From: Octopus sinensis
Lineage: Eukaryota
NCBI RefSeq assembly: GCF_006345805.1
Contig: NC_043012.1
Location: 15,066,001-15,130,000 of the forward strand
DNA length: 64,000 bases
Reading direction: 5' to 3'
The notes under the pieces were generated by a model. That model ran no database searches. It was given only the letters and a program-made list of their open reading frames with translations, and was not told the DNA's origin. Positions 51,800 to 64,000 of the stretch are shown here, piece after piece; the stretch's first letter is position 1, and each line of letters opens with the position of its first letter. The position numbers were made by a program, and so were the translations under genes.

Positions 51800-54030
51800 G
51801 AATCTGGTCCCTGTAGTCTTTGCATGCGAGAATGGATGTGTTCACCTTCCAGTAATCAGGTCTCCGTCAACTGGTCCTATGTAAATTGACTGTGCAGATC
51901 ACAAATTTATGGTCTGTATAGCCAACCAATTTGAATTGTGGATAACTTATGCTATCCCTATTTGGATGATCCATTGTGGTTGCTTATGGCACATCAGGGA
52001 AATCCAGTTGATATCTGTTAGACAGTTGGAAGTTGCTGAGCAGGTTTTGAGGCTTTTGCACCCACTTCTATCATATACTAGACCCACTCAGTCCTTCCAT
52101 GCATCCAGAATACTATTCCAGTCCTCTATTAGTACTGAAGTGCAAGACATTTCCAGACAGCTTTCTAGATGCCTGAAAAAATCTGGCCTTCTTTAGGCAT
52201 CTAGAAACAGCCACCAATCTAAAGGTGTCACCTTCACTGCCATTTACGTCTAGGACAGTTTGTCCAAGAAGGTTGCCTTTACTTTGAGACCCAAGGATTT
52301 TCAGAATAGCACTGCTACACTGCTGCTGCCAACAGACCACAAGATAAGAATATCTTGTAGTTTTCAGAAATGGATGTTCGAGCATGCTTCCTGGAAATTC
52401 TTGTCTCACTAATGGCAGCCACATCTAAGTCAAGAGACCTGAAATCATTGAGTGGGTGACCCCACTTCCAAACTGAATCCAGGCCCTGAGCATTTACACC
52501 AACCTACTCTAAGTGTAGCTATTGAGATTAGAGAAAAGAAAATGAAGTCATTTACCTTGGTCTTTGGGAATGACTGTTGAAACAGTCTTCTTTTTGGGTG
52601 AGGGGAGAAAGTTTTTTCTAGGAAGCTTTATTTGGGGCACTTACTGAAACCTCCAATATCCAGGCGGAATTTCTGTTTTAAATCCAGATACATATTCGTA
52701 TCTGTTTTGATCAGCATTCTGTCCAATGAAGTTTTCAGGAGCTCAGTAAAACTTAGAATATTTTCGTTGTTAATTACTTCTCTAATTAACTCACTGTTGC
52801 TCTTCTGAACAGTGAAGTTAATGAAAGAAGTACCTGAGAGTGTGACTGTTTGTCATTTTGTTTTACAGGTGTTTCTTTTTGTTTTTGTGATTTTTAAAAT
52901 TCATTTGTGGTTGTGAAAACATAAAACTGGATTTTTTTTTTTGTTGTGATGGTGTTGCTGTTTTTTTCATAGTTTTGTAATGGATTTTCTATATTTCCCT
53001 CGTGTCTTAAGGACCTGTTTCAGTTTGTCTTCCTTTTATCTCTGACAAAGGCTTTTTAGTGCAATTTCAACAGGGTCTTTGCTTTTGTGAGACCTAAGTC
53101 AGAGGAAAGAGGCAGATGTGAGCTGGTCATAGTGTTCTCACCTTGGGGAGTTGGTAGTAATGTTGGAGAACTTCATGCTTCCTCCACAATGGAGCAAAAG
53201 AGGCTTTGAGGTGGTTCGTATTCCCACACATGAAACAATTTTTTCTCCTTTGATAAAAACTGGCATCTGTTCACATTCCCCGAAACAGAAAAAAAAATCA
53301 GTAATGTGATTTATTTCTTCTGGAGAAACTAATATCTGAATTCCAATCCTGTTGAGGGGTGGTCTTTACCTCCAGAATCTCCCCATACTCTTCCAGAATG
53401 GCTATGACACTAACTGGATCATGGGTGAACCAGCATGCTCTTCACTTAAATTCAAGTCAACTTTTTACCCATATAATAGGGAAGCATAATAAAGGTCTGG
53501 GATGTGCAAGTAATAGTTGCATTCTTGTGGTGCTTGCTGCTGCGGATAGCAACTACCGTCCCATATTGTTTACCTTTATACATGTGTAGCACTGAGGGCC
53601 ACACATCTTGGAGGTATTTTTCTGTGTCTACCAATGAAAGAAATTCAAGTTTCCTCTCTTTGTGAAAAACATGTTAGACAATGATTTTTTTCCTTCCTAC
53701 TCACTAAGGCATATAACACCTGGTTTTACGTCATTTTTGTACTGGACGACTTTATCTTTCCAATCTTGCATCAAATGCACGGTCCACTGGTTGACTATCC
53801 TCAAAAAAGATAACAGTTGTCATGGTTCTTTGTTACTGTCTTCCATGTTGTTGTTGTTGTTATTGTTTCTGCTGCTGTAGTATACATTGTTGTTGTCACT
53901 GTTGTTGCTGCTTCTTGTACCTTTGCAGGTGTTGCTGTGCCATAGCAACAAGATGAAATTCTGTTTCTTTGTATCGATAAATAACTCCAGCTGTGTCCAC
54001 AGTCAGAGTTAAAACTGGGCCGACAGAATG
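51800..54030 (-). mobile_element. Decayed L1/Tx1-clade LINE (ORF1 zinc knuckle plus APE endonuclease)
   Basis: On -: CFMCGNTNH knuckle (~53200-53240), LDV.G..FRL.AV, and TDHKFV...YWKVNTSIL endonuclease end (~51830-51930). Many stops. Confidence 0.6.
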
Positions 54031-54789
54031 CTGTCCATTGTTGATCATTATTACATTGTTTTTATTGGCATCTTTTTAAAGATTGGAAAATATATACGAA
54101 CGCTTGTTTCCATACTAATGTAAAATAAATATTACTGAGTTTACACCTCCCAAAAGAGGGGGGTGGGGGCTATTGCACGGAAATGTTACCATCACAATTC
54201 AGGCAATAGCAGTAGTAGTAATAATAATAATGTAGGAGGGGGAGAGGTAAAAAGAAAAGCAAAGACAAAGCAAGAATACTTAAATGAATTTATTTTGAGT
54301 TTTAGATACATTTCTGCACTAGATGTAGTTGAGCTAATCCAGATATATGAAAATCAGATGAAACGGTGATTTAAACCCGAAGGGCATTGATAAAAACCTG
54401 TTTAAAATGAACAATTGTGGATTCTGCTTGTGTCTCCTAAAAATATTCTCTAAAATCTCAGTCTTTCCTCTGCAGTTTTTTTTGAATGATTAAAAATTCT
54501 TTATTATGAAGATGTGTGCAGTAAAATCGTTTGAACATGTGTTGACTGTGTGAGAGATGGAGAAAATATTAGCAATAATATTTTTAAGGACAATGCTGAC
54601 CCATTAGTATTTGTAGTTGTTGGTTTGATGATCACAATGGTAATGGCTGGAACAGAGGAGCACAAGTAGCAATAGTGGTGGTGGTGGTGGTGGTTGTGAT
54701 CTGCTGTGATAGAGGCTAGGGGATGTTAATGGTCTGAAATTAAAAAAAAGGACAATACTCTAGATATTAGAAAGTAGTTATGCTTTTTA

Positions 54790-54838
54790 AAGTATTTATT
54801 TATTTTTTAATCAAATTATTTTCAAAGCAATGAAGTTC
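54790..54838 (-). other. Putative terminal exon of the PWWP gene with polyadenylation signal
   Basis: Acceptor ttcttaattttgcag| at 54838, followed within ~45 nt by AATAAA. The phase-0 frame reads ELHCFENNLIKK*. Confidence 0.45.
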
Positions 54839-56116
54839 CTGCAAAATTAAGAATGATTGTGTTAAAAAAAAAATAGAGGCAAAAATGAGTTGATAAAATA
54901 TTGAATGCCCAGCTTGTGGGTCACCAGTTCATATCAGATGAAGGAACATAGCTGTGGTGTCTCTCTGAGTAAATTATTTTAATCATACATGTGTCAAATC
55001 ATTGACCATTGGAATAGATTAGCAGATCTAGAAATATTGATTTCTAACACTGACTATTAATGTGAAGAAAAAAAAAAAATTTTGAGTCATGTAGATGATC
55101 TCAACCCCAGTGATTTGAAATGAATTAGATTTCATCCTCAGCAGGATGAGATAGATGGATGGTTATGAATACAAAGTCTTTCTTCAATGAGGAATGTTCT
55201 ATGCTATACAGACTAGTATTAAGTGACAAATCAAATTCGATGACTGGCGTCCGTGCTAGCAGGATGCAAAGAGCACCATACGAGTGTGATCGTTGCCAGA
55301 GCGGCTAACTGGCTTCCGTGCAAGTGGCACGTAAAAGGGCACCATTCGAATGTGATCATTACCAATGTCGCCTTACCGGCACCTGTGCTGGTAGCATGTG
55401 TAAAAAGATTCGAGCGAGGTCGTTGCCAGTACCACCTGACTCGCCCCCATGCCGGTGGCACATAAAAAGCACCCACTACACTCTTGGAGTGATTGGCGTT
55501 AGGAAGGGCATCCAGCTGTAGAAACTGCCAAATCAAGATTGGAGCCTGGTGCAGCCATCTGGTTTGCCAGCCCTCAGTCAAAATCGTCCAACCCACGCTA
55601 GCAGGGAAAGCGGATGTTAAATGATGATGATGGATCCAGAGACACAGAACAATCTGGAGAAGGGTGGTTATGGAAACAAAGATACTTTGGTTAGGCATAG
55701 GTTTAAAAAAATGCTAGGTGATGCATTTGTTGAGGAGGAGATAGACGACACTTATAATACAGAGGATAACTGGGAGTTTCTATAAGATGTCTGGCTGCAA
55801 GCCACAGAACCGAATCTGTGGATGGATGGAGCAAGGTTACAACCACAGAGAAAGTGATATGGTGGTGGGATTATCCAGTAAACAGAGCCATAAAAGCTAA
55901 GAGACAAGCTTAGAAAGGATGGAAGGAAGTGAAGAGCAAGGAGCAATATCGGATAAGTAGAAGAAAAGCTAGATGTAACATGGAGAGAAGCTGAAGGTAA
56001 GAGTTTTAATAATATTCTGCAAAATGAAGATGAGAGGCGTAATGTGTAGCAGATAGATATACTTCTCACTTACCAGATTTAAAAGATATTTTTTCATCTC
56101 TTCCAATATTGTTCTA

Positions 56117-56187
56117 TCAGTCTGTAGCAGTGGGGACAAGAACTTCAGCATCAATATCATGAAGAACAACCTCGTTACCAACGGCAG
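56117..56187 (-). CDS. PWWP-domain protein, probable last coding segment (TAVGNEVVLHDIDAEVLVPTATD*)
   Basis: Acceptor ttctatttattttttaag|, phase 1 entry, TGA at 56119-56117. The exon continues to a GTAAGT donor at 56073. Confidence 0.65.
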
Positions 56188-56930
56188 CTTAAAAAATAAA
56201 TAGAAGAAGGAAAAATACTTAGAAACAACTCTACAAGTCAGTGAGTCACTTTTTAAGTTGATCATTTTGTTTAGTTTTAAAGAATGCCCAGTATGATGAA
56301 TTTCCTCTAAAGAAATGTCAAGTAACTTCACTTCTGATGAATGAATCAATTACTGAGCTCGGAAGATGTTTTGGTTCCATTAAGATGAAGAAAGAATAGA
56401 ATTATAGAATAGAAAATAACATGAGACGAGCCTCACAAAATGTGATATAAATCATTATCATCATCATTATTATTTCACATCCGCTTTCCATGCTGGCATG
56501 GGTTGGATGGCTCAACTGGAGCTGGAAAAGCCAGGATCCACATCAGGCTCCATTGCTGTTTTACGTGGCACCATCATCAGTGCTTTTTACAGGACACCAT
56601 CACTAACAGAGTCACCAAGTACCTTCCAAAACAAAACCCCCTCAACTGGGATGGGGGGTGAGATAGTATGGATAATAATTATTCTTTTTATTGCAGGCAC
56701 AAGGTCTAGAATTTTGGGGGAGGAGGCTGGTTAATTACATTGATCCCAGTACTTGACTGGTTCTTATCTTATCAACCTTGAAAGGATGAAAGACAAAGTC
56801 AGCCTTGGTGCAACTTCAACTCAAGCCATAAAGACAGACAAAATGCCACTAATCATTTCAGCCAGTTCACCACCTTGATATTAATAATAATTATAATATT
56901 AATAATAATAATAATAATAATAATACTTAC

Positions 56931-56988
56931 TGGTTTCTTCAACACTAGGAATCCAGATTTCTGGCATTACACTTACGGTGGATAATTC
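56931..56988 (-). CDS. PWWP-domain protein exon (ELSTVSVMPEIWIPSVEET)
   Basis: Acceptor ttcttctcttttattgttgaag|, donor A|gtaagt, 58 nt, phase 0 to 1. An internal second GTAAGT lies 12 nt into the exon. Confidence 0.7.
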
Positions 56989-57776
56989 CTTCAACAATAA
57001 AAGAGAAGAAAGTTTTAAAAAATGGTATTCATTTGAAATTAATTGAAAACTACAGTTTTTCTAAATTAATATATAACAGAGTAATGGCTTAGTGGTTAGA
57101 GCATCGGGCTCACCATCATGAAGTAGTGAGTTTGATTCCTGTTGGCATGGCTGTGTGTTTAAGGTGTTCTTTTTGTGACCATGAAGTTCAAGGTTTGATC
57201 CCCCTCGTGAGGCAGCTTGGCTAATTGCATTCTGCCATAAGCTCAAATCAACCAATGCTTTATGAGTAGAATTTGGAAGATGAAAGTATACAGAAGTGCA
57301 CGCGCGTGTGTGTGTGTGTGTGTGTGTCACTGATGTATATCAGTAGAGTATATTATATAAACATCAATGAGAAACTGAAAAACTGGATGGTCTTATGAAT
57401 GTACTCCCTTGAAGTATTTTGTTCTGCATCAACTTAGACAAACTCCCTGTCAGAAATGTAATGCTTTCGTGATTGGCTAATTGGACATCTGACGTCAATG
57501 ATGCTATACTTCACAAACTGCAATATTAAATAAAGCTAAAATGTTGTTAAAATATATAGCTATAATATCACGTGATTACATGACTGACCAGACTATCAGA
57601 TGCTGTTACATATCACTGGTCACAATGCGCTTTGCATTGTTTTAGCCATCATATGATGCCACCCTACTGGCTAGGGCAAACAGGCCAACATTCAGGGGAC
57701 TGGAACAACGTGAAATGAAGTGCTTTGTCCAAGAACACAATGTGCCACCCAGTCTGGGAATCAACCCACAATCTAA

Positions 57777-58028
57777 TGATCTAGTGATCTAATGATTTAG
57801 TGATCAAGTGATCTAATGATTTAGTGATCTAATGATTTAGTGATCTAATGATCTAGTGATCAAGTGATCTAGTGATCTAATGATTTAGTGATCTAATGAT
57901 CTAGTGATCAAGTGATCTAATGATTTAGTGATCTAATGATCTAGTGATCAAGTGATCTAGTGATCAAGTGATCTAGTGATCGAGTGATCTAGTGATCGAG
58001 TGATCTAATGATCTAGTGATCTAATGAT
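57777..58028. repeat. 8-bp minisatellite TGAT(CTAG/CTAA/TTAG/CAAG/CGAG), 31 units
   Basis: Parsed unit by unit; embedded in a family D-like SINE head. Confidence 0.95.
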
Positions 58029-58261
58029 CGTAAGTGCAACAGCCAAACCACCAGGTCATGCGCCTAGGGGTTATATACTGGAATTAATTGTGCCTAGGGG
58101 TTAATATTACTGGAATTAACTGCAGGTTTATTAGAGCAGAAAATCCAGAATCACGAACTGGGAGTCAAAAGCCATATTTAAGTCAGCTATTTTAACTCTA
58201 AGATAGCTTAACGTATTGCACACAAAAATATATGTTCAACTATTTTATTTCCAAACAAAAA

Positions 58262-58672
58262 GGATCTTTTCAGTTTGACCGACAGTTTTTAAAAATAATT
58301 TCCATGTAACTAAACACTTTTAAACTTCGTATACTGGTAGAATGTGTTTATAAAACATCTTTTTCTCTTGGCTTTCTTGAGAAAATTCTATAGTTTGTAA
58401 GATATTTGTTGTTTATTTTCTTCAATTTCTGCAATTTCAACCAATCAATGACGTCTATTGAGGTGAAAACATTCTGTGCCGTATGAATATGTCCCTCGTT
58501 TAAGAAACAAATTGTGTTTATTTACATTTCTGAAGAAAAAAAGATACCCTTCCCCCTAACCCTAACCCTAAAATAGATTGAAATGCAATAGATCGATACT
58601 AGGGTCATAATTATGGGTGACAATTTCATATGACACCGCTAAAAAAAACTGCTGTTCAAACCGAAAAGAACC
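58262..58672. mobile_element. MITE-like element with ~29-bp imperfect TIRs and internal (CCCTAA)3
   Basis: GGATCTTTTCAGTTTGACCGACAGTTTTT / AAAAAACTGCTGTTCAAACCGAAAAGAACC. Confidence 0.6.
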
Positions 58673-58719
58673 AACAAAAATAACAAAAACAAATCTTATT
58701 TTGTAAAAATGAAACTCAC

Positions 58720-58789
58720 TTTAGATTGTTCTGAAGCATCCAGCTCTAAGACAGTTTGGCAAACATCTTCTGGAGTATCCACAAGAACA
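58720..58789 (-). CDS. PWWP-domain protein exon (VLVDTPEDVCQTVLELDASEQSK)
   Basis: Acceptor aaattccctttcag|, donor AAA|gtgagt, 70 nt, phase 2 to 0, open frame. Confidence 0.8.
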
Positions 58790-60356
58790 CTGAAAGGGAA
58801 TTTAAAATAAGTTATCAGACAGGATGTTTATTTTCATCTATTACTTTCTGGCCTTAATCAAGACGTAGAGGAGAACATCACACGAAGAAGAAAAACAAAG
58901 ATGGTCACAAGAATTGGTTTGTTGGTGATTATCTGTCAGATGAGTAACAGAAATAGAAGCAGTATTTGTTGCTAACCATTAGAATGAAACAGTGACTAAT
59001 ATTTTAGGGAGAGTTCATTGTCAAATTTCCTCTGCCATGAGAAAAAATCCCTACTCTCCTATCAATATACATACATCCCTACTTCAACTCAAACCACACT
59101 GACATTCATCTTTTACGCTGCCGCCACCACCACCACCACTTGGCAACATCCATGGAATAGGTGAGACAACTTGATTGCAGCTGAGAAGCCAGAGAGATGC
59201 ACCACACTTCAGTCGTCCGTTTTGGTATGGTTTCTACAGCCAGGTGCCCTTCCTAATGCCAACCACTCTACAGAGTGTACTGGGTGTCTTTTACACATCA
59301 CCTGCACAGGTGCCTTTTATGTGTTACTGGCAGTGGCCATGACCACTAATAATTTCACTCAAAATCTAATATTCACAAGTGTCTTAATTCGAAATTGAAA
59401 AATTTTTTTAAAGTTACATCTGCACACACATACACTCATTCTCATTGTAATTTAACATCTGTCTCCCAATTTGACATGAACTGGATGGTTTTTAAGGATC
59501 CAACAGGCCAGAAGTATATGCTGAGCTCCAATGTCTGCTTTGGCATGGTTTCTATGGCTGGTTCCCTTTCCTAAAGCCTACCACTTCACAGAGTGAACTG
59601 GGACCAGCAAGACCCCTAGACTGAGTGGAGGTGTACTCTTTTACTTGTTTCAGTCATTTGACTGTGGCCATGCTGGAGCACCACCTTTAGTCAAGCAAAT
59701 CGACCCCAGGACTTATTCTTTGTAAGCCTAATACTTATTCTATTGGTCTCTTTTGCCAAACTGCTAAGTTATGGTGACGTAAACACACCAGCATCGGTTG
59801 TCAAGCGATGTTGGGGGGACAAACACAGACACACACACACACATATATATATACATATGTGCGATAGGCTTCTTTCAGTTTCCCTCTACCAAATCCACTC
59901 ACAAGGCTTTGGTCGACCCAAGGCTACAGTAGAAGACACTTGCCCAAGGTGCCACGCAGTGGGACTGAACCCGGAACCATGCGGTTGGTAAACAAGCTAC
60001 TTACCACATCATTTTATAGTATGCAAATATGGTTGAGTCCCATTGAGAAGCACCTTGGGTAAGTGTCTTCTACTATAACATCAAATTGACCATTTGCTTG
60101 GTAAACAAAAAGTGTGTGTGTGTGTGTGTGTGTTTACTTTTAACATCCAGTAAACTTAGCAGCTCAACAAATAGAAGCTGATGAAAAATGTTAAATGTGA
60201 TCAAATAAAAGCATGAAGGAATATGTAAGCATCGTCAGCCTTATTGAAATTTACGCATGATTAATCTCTTTATTATCTCAATGCTCCAAAATTACCATTC
60301 TAGTAGAATTAAATGTTTTGGAAGCCAAGCAAACAATACAATGGAAAATCTCTCAC

Positions 60357-60619
60357 CTTGAAACCATTTCAACTGTTTGTCTGTCCTCCACAATATTCAC
60401 ATTGTCCACTGGGTACCACGACGACGGTTCAGAGGCTATGCTGTTGTCTGCATCTGTTTTATCATATTGAGAAGGATCTGGTGAGCTGCAACTTGACTTG
60501 TAAATATATTGATCTGTGTTGTCACTGGTTATTTCAGAATCACCTTTTCTTAAAAATTCATTTACTTTCTTTAGAGCCAAGCTAAACTTTTCTTTGTACT
60601 CAGATTCTTCTCCTTTTTT
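60357..60619 (-). CDS. PWWP-domain protein exon (KKGEESEYKEKFSLALKKVNEFL...EMVS)
   Basis: Long pyrimidine tract then ccag|, donor AG|gtgaga, 263 nt, phase 0 to 2. Encodes the PWWP C-terminal helix followed by an acidic low-complexity region. Confidence 0.85.
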
Positions 60620-61862
60620 CTGGAGAAAGAGAAAAAGAAAGAAAGAAAGAAAAAAACAAAAACAAATGAAAACAGCAGGTAACTGTCATTTAAATTTTGC
60701 TTAGAAACAATCATTCTGTCATTCTTACTTTTAGAGAAAGAACTACACATCTGTATTCCAAGCCTTTCATTCACTCCACTACTCTTAAGAAAATAGGAAT
60801 GTTACACACACGCGCGCACTTCTGTATACTTTCATCTTCCAACCCATGCTAGCATGGAAAGCGGACGTTAAACGATGATGATGATGTTATCATCATCATT
60901 TAACAGCCTTTTTCCATGCTGGTATGGGTTGGACGGCTTGATAGGAACTGGTAAAACCAGGAGCCACACCAGGTTAAACAGTCCACTTTGGCTTGGTTTC
61001 TACAGCTGGATGCCCTTCCTAACACCAACCGCTCCACAGAATGTGCCGGGTGCTTTTCATGTGGCACCATTACCAGTGCTTTTACATAAGACCATCACCC
61101 ACACCAATGCCCTTTATGTGGCACCTTGGTTTTAGGATCTCAATTCTGCTGTGGTGGGCGGCTCTTCTCAAGTACAGCATTGAGTCCCATATCTCGGTCT
61201 TCTGCAGTTAGCCTCTAACTTTTATCATTTGTAAATTTATGAGAGTGGGCTGTTTATTAATTTTAGAATTAATTAGGGCCATGTATATCATGGTTTTCAG
61301 AATAAGTACACTGCAATTTTGCAGATTATAAGAAAGAATGAAAAAGGATGGCGTCAGAAAGGAGATCCAGCTATAAACCAAGGCTACAAAATGTCCAACT
61401 GATTCCAGCAGGGAAAAGTGAACGTAAAAACAATGACAAATCAATATTTCTTATGGTTAATCATGAAAAAGAAAAGAAACTTGTAGTAGGTGCAGGAGTG
61501 GCTGTGTGGTAAGTAGCTTGCTTACGAATCACATGGTTCCGGGTTCATTACCACTGCGTGGCACCTTGGGCAAGTGTCTTCTACTATAGCCTCGGGCTGA
61601 CCAAAGCCTTGTAAGTGGATTTGGTAGACGGAAACTGAAAGAAGCCTGTAGTATATATATATATGTGTGTGTGTGTGTGTTTATGTCCTCGTAACTTAGT
61701 GGTTCGGCAAAAGAGACCGATAGAATAAGTACTAGGCTTACAAAGAATAAGTCCTGGGTTCGATTTGCTCGACTAAAAGTGGTGCTCCAGCATGGCCACA
61801 GTCAAATGCCTGAAACAAGTAAAAGAGTAAAAAAAAAGAAAGAAAAAAAAGAGTACACTTAC

Positions 61863-61929
61863 AATAAATTCTTCTTTTCGTAGATCATTGAATGGGATAA
61901 CCGATTCCTTGTTGTAACGAATGCCAAAC
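61863..61929 (-). CDS. PWWP-domain protein exon (FGIRYNKESVIPFNDLRKEEFI)
   Basis: Acceptor ttttccatctccctcag|, donor ATT|gtaagt, 67 nt, phase 2 to 0. VIPF matches the PWWP I.PF strand. Confidence 0.82.
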
Positions 61930-62108
61930 CTGAGGGAGATGGAAAATGATATTCACAAAACCTTTCAACATAAAGCATGAAGATACAATTGATGGGGTGA
62001 GGTGGGAGCTGGGGCTAGGTGCAGTCCTACTGTATGGCACTGAGGCAAGTGTCTTCTACTTACAGCCCTAGGCTGACCAAATCTGGTGAGTAAATTTTGT
62101 GGACAGAA

Positions 62109-62140
<32 letters not shown>

Positions 62141-62275
62141 AAATATCAAACAATGAGAATGAATGCTTAACAATGCATTAGTGGATTAGGATTTTTGAGT
62201 GTTACGGCTACCATTGGTTTCATGTTAAGGAATACCTCAACAATTATGAAGCCTATCATATGGAAACACTATACA

Positions 62276-62330
<55 letters not shown>

Positions 62331-62942
62331 ATATAGTAAATAATGTATATGTAATATATATATAAAAATACAAAATGGGACAAGAACGCAAAACATTCAA
62401 ATAAATGATACAAAAAACACGGACGGTTCATTTGAAGCCTCTAATCTTCAGTCAAGAACCGGATCATCCTCGCAATAAATAATGTATATGTAATATATAT
62501 AAATATAATACGAGGGAACTAGGCTACTGGAGTTCTGTGATGCATGTAACCTTTTAATCTGCAACACTAATTTCAGGAAACCAACATACACACACACATA
62601 TATATATTAGTACCAGAGCTCTTGTCTTCTCCATCTACAATAAGAACCCTGAACTGTAAAAGCTTGGGTTTGAAGGGTCCATGACTAGTAAACATCCTGG
62701 CAAACAGCCCCTGAAATTTGAAGGGGTGTAGATGTGCAGGTCTTGAAAGAACATCTGGACAAATTTTTATCTGAGATACCAGATGAACCCACATCACAGC
62801 TCTCTTCAAGCCACAAGTTCCAGTCTCAGCTTTACATCTTAGAAAAAAACAGAAGTGTTTCTTTTAACTGACCAGAGTGATATACTATGAGACATTAGTG
62901 TTGCTGATAGTAGTGAATACACTTAATACAAACTATACTTAC

Positions 62943-63028
62943 TCCAGTGATTCCTTTGAGAGAATTTCACCAAAAAAACGGATGCCAAGTCGGTAAATGT
63001 GTTGTTTCTTTTTATATACTTTACTTAT
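62943..63028 (-). CDS. PWWP-domain protein, internal exon (ISKVYKKKQHIYRLGIRFFGEILSKESL); upstream exons outside window
   Basis: Acceptor tctttcttcttcag|, donor GA|gtaagt, 86 nt, phase 0 to 2. The hydrophobic-x-FFG strand is typical of PWWP domains. Confidence 0.8.
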
Positions 63029-63179
63029 CTGAAGAAGAAAGATTTTTACACCAATAGATTCATACACTGAAGCAAGATTTTTAAATTTAAAACAATCAAA
63101 TGGACATAAACCTGGTTACACACAGCCATACACTCACACATGTATGTGTGTGTGTGCATGCGTGTATATATATATATAT

Positions 63180-63437
63180 ATATATATATAAACAGCAAAA
63201 TGTGTGTGTGTGTGTATCCTTTAAAAAATCCACAATTTTTCAGTTAGAGGGCTCACACTTTCTAAGGTCATTCAAAACCGTCCAAGGGTGGTTGTGCACA
63301 TCTTTACATTTCCCCAGTCACCCTGCAAAGCCATTAAAAAATCAATAGAAGTGACTTTTTTGTGAATTTTCTATCCAAAACCCAATCAAAATGCCCAAAA
63401 CTTGATACGCCAATTGAATGCTGGGTCATAGTGCTAG
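63180..63437 (+). mobile_element. Second copy of the non-autonomous Helitron (hairpin 5' arm deleted)
   Basis: Highly similar to 32187-32450, then jumps directly to GGGTCATAGTGCTAG|T. Confidence 0.8.
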
Positions 63438-64000
63438 TATATATATAAAATCTCTAATCAGTTCATTGACTTTTAAGATAATCAAGTTAATTCACTTTTG
63501 ATGATTAAACAGAGGAGACATCTTCGATTCTCAGTAAAGATCTCAATACAGGTTGTTGATATTAATTCCAAGGATAAATGCAAAATCACAGTATGTAAAA
63601 AATAGTATAAGTGTCTGTGTGTGAATATAGATATCATCATCATCGTTTAACATCCGCCTTCCATACTGGCATAACAAATTTTGAATCAATTCAAATATGT
63701 TTGAGACATAATTGGCATATAAAGAGATATTATCACAGTAGTTTGCCACGGAGAAAAATTTTTGCTTTGGGTAAAAGATGTTAAAAACACTAAAGTGAGT
63801 TGAAAGCATCTCCTATAGATTTGTAGAAGCGTGTCAAACTCCCCACCTCTCTTCAGCACCAGATACTAAGCAAAGCAACTCTAAACTGACCGAAAGGTTT
63901 AACTTGCTTGTCAGAAACCAGTAAGTACTGATCAGTTGTGTTGGCCACTACCAGGTCAGAACAAAACATGGGTGCTGCACAAAGCAGTGATATAAAATAA

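Noticed and set aside
55969-56349. 126-aa minus-strand ORF as a single exon
   Set aside because: It crosses a clear polypyrimidine tract/acceptor at 56188 and a GTAAGT donor at 56073; only 56187-56074 behaves as an exon.
62420-62460. CTGAAGA on - strand in a PLE-like fragment
   Set aside because: No downstream GAAA or stem III, so not a hammerhead.

Overview
AT-rich, repeat-saturated eukaryotic DNA. The SINE families and dense (TA)n/(TG)n/(TAA)n microsatellites suggest an octopod cephalopod (inference). Two spliced genes could be reconstructed by hand. (1) A complete 5-exon SAXO/FAM154 (stabilizer of axonemal microtubules) gene on +, CDS 12760-12797, 25343-25516, 28483-28595, 31669-31755, 34117-35075, 456 aa. 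(2) The 3' part of a PWWP-domain gene on -, six phase-compatible coding exons between 63028 and 56117, convergent with SAXO. The ~20 kb between them is a stack of decayed transposons: pogo-like MITE, Penelope-like, Helitron, Merlin, piggyBac, Gypsy, CR1, RTE, Chapaev3 and Tx1/L1. The most notable unannotated signal is a set of type I hammerhead ribozyme motifs from about five unrelated Penelope-like families. Most sit in fold-back inverted repeats with one shared geometry (5' ends joined, ribozymes pointing outward); two of these are young, near-perfect hairpins with ~230-bp and ~350-bp arms. Most ORFs in the supplied track are microsatellite or SINE artefacts. Repeat boundaries are approximate unless a TSD or terminus is cited.
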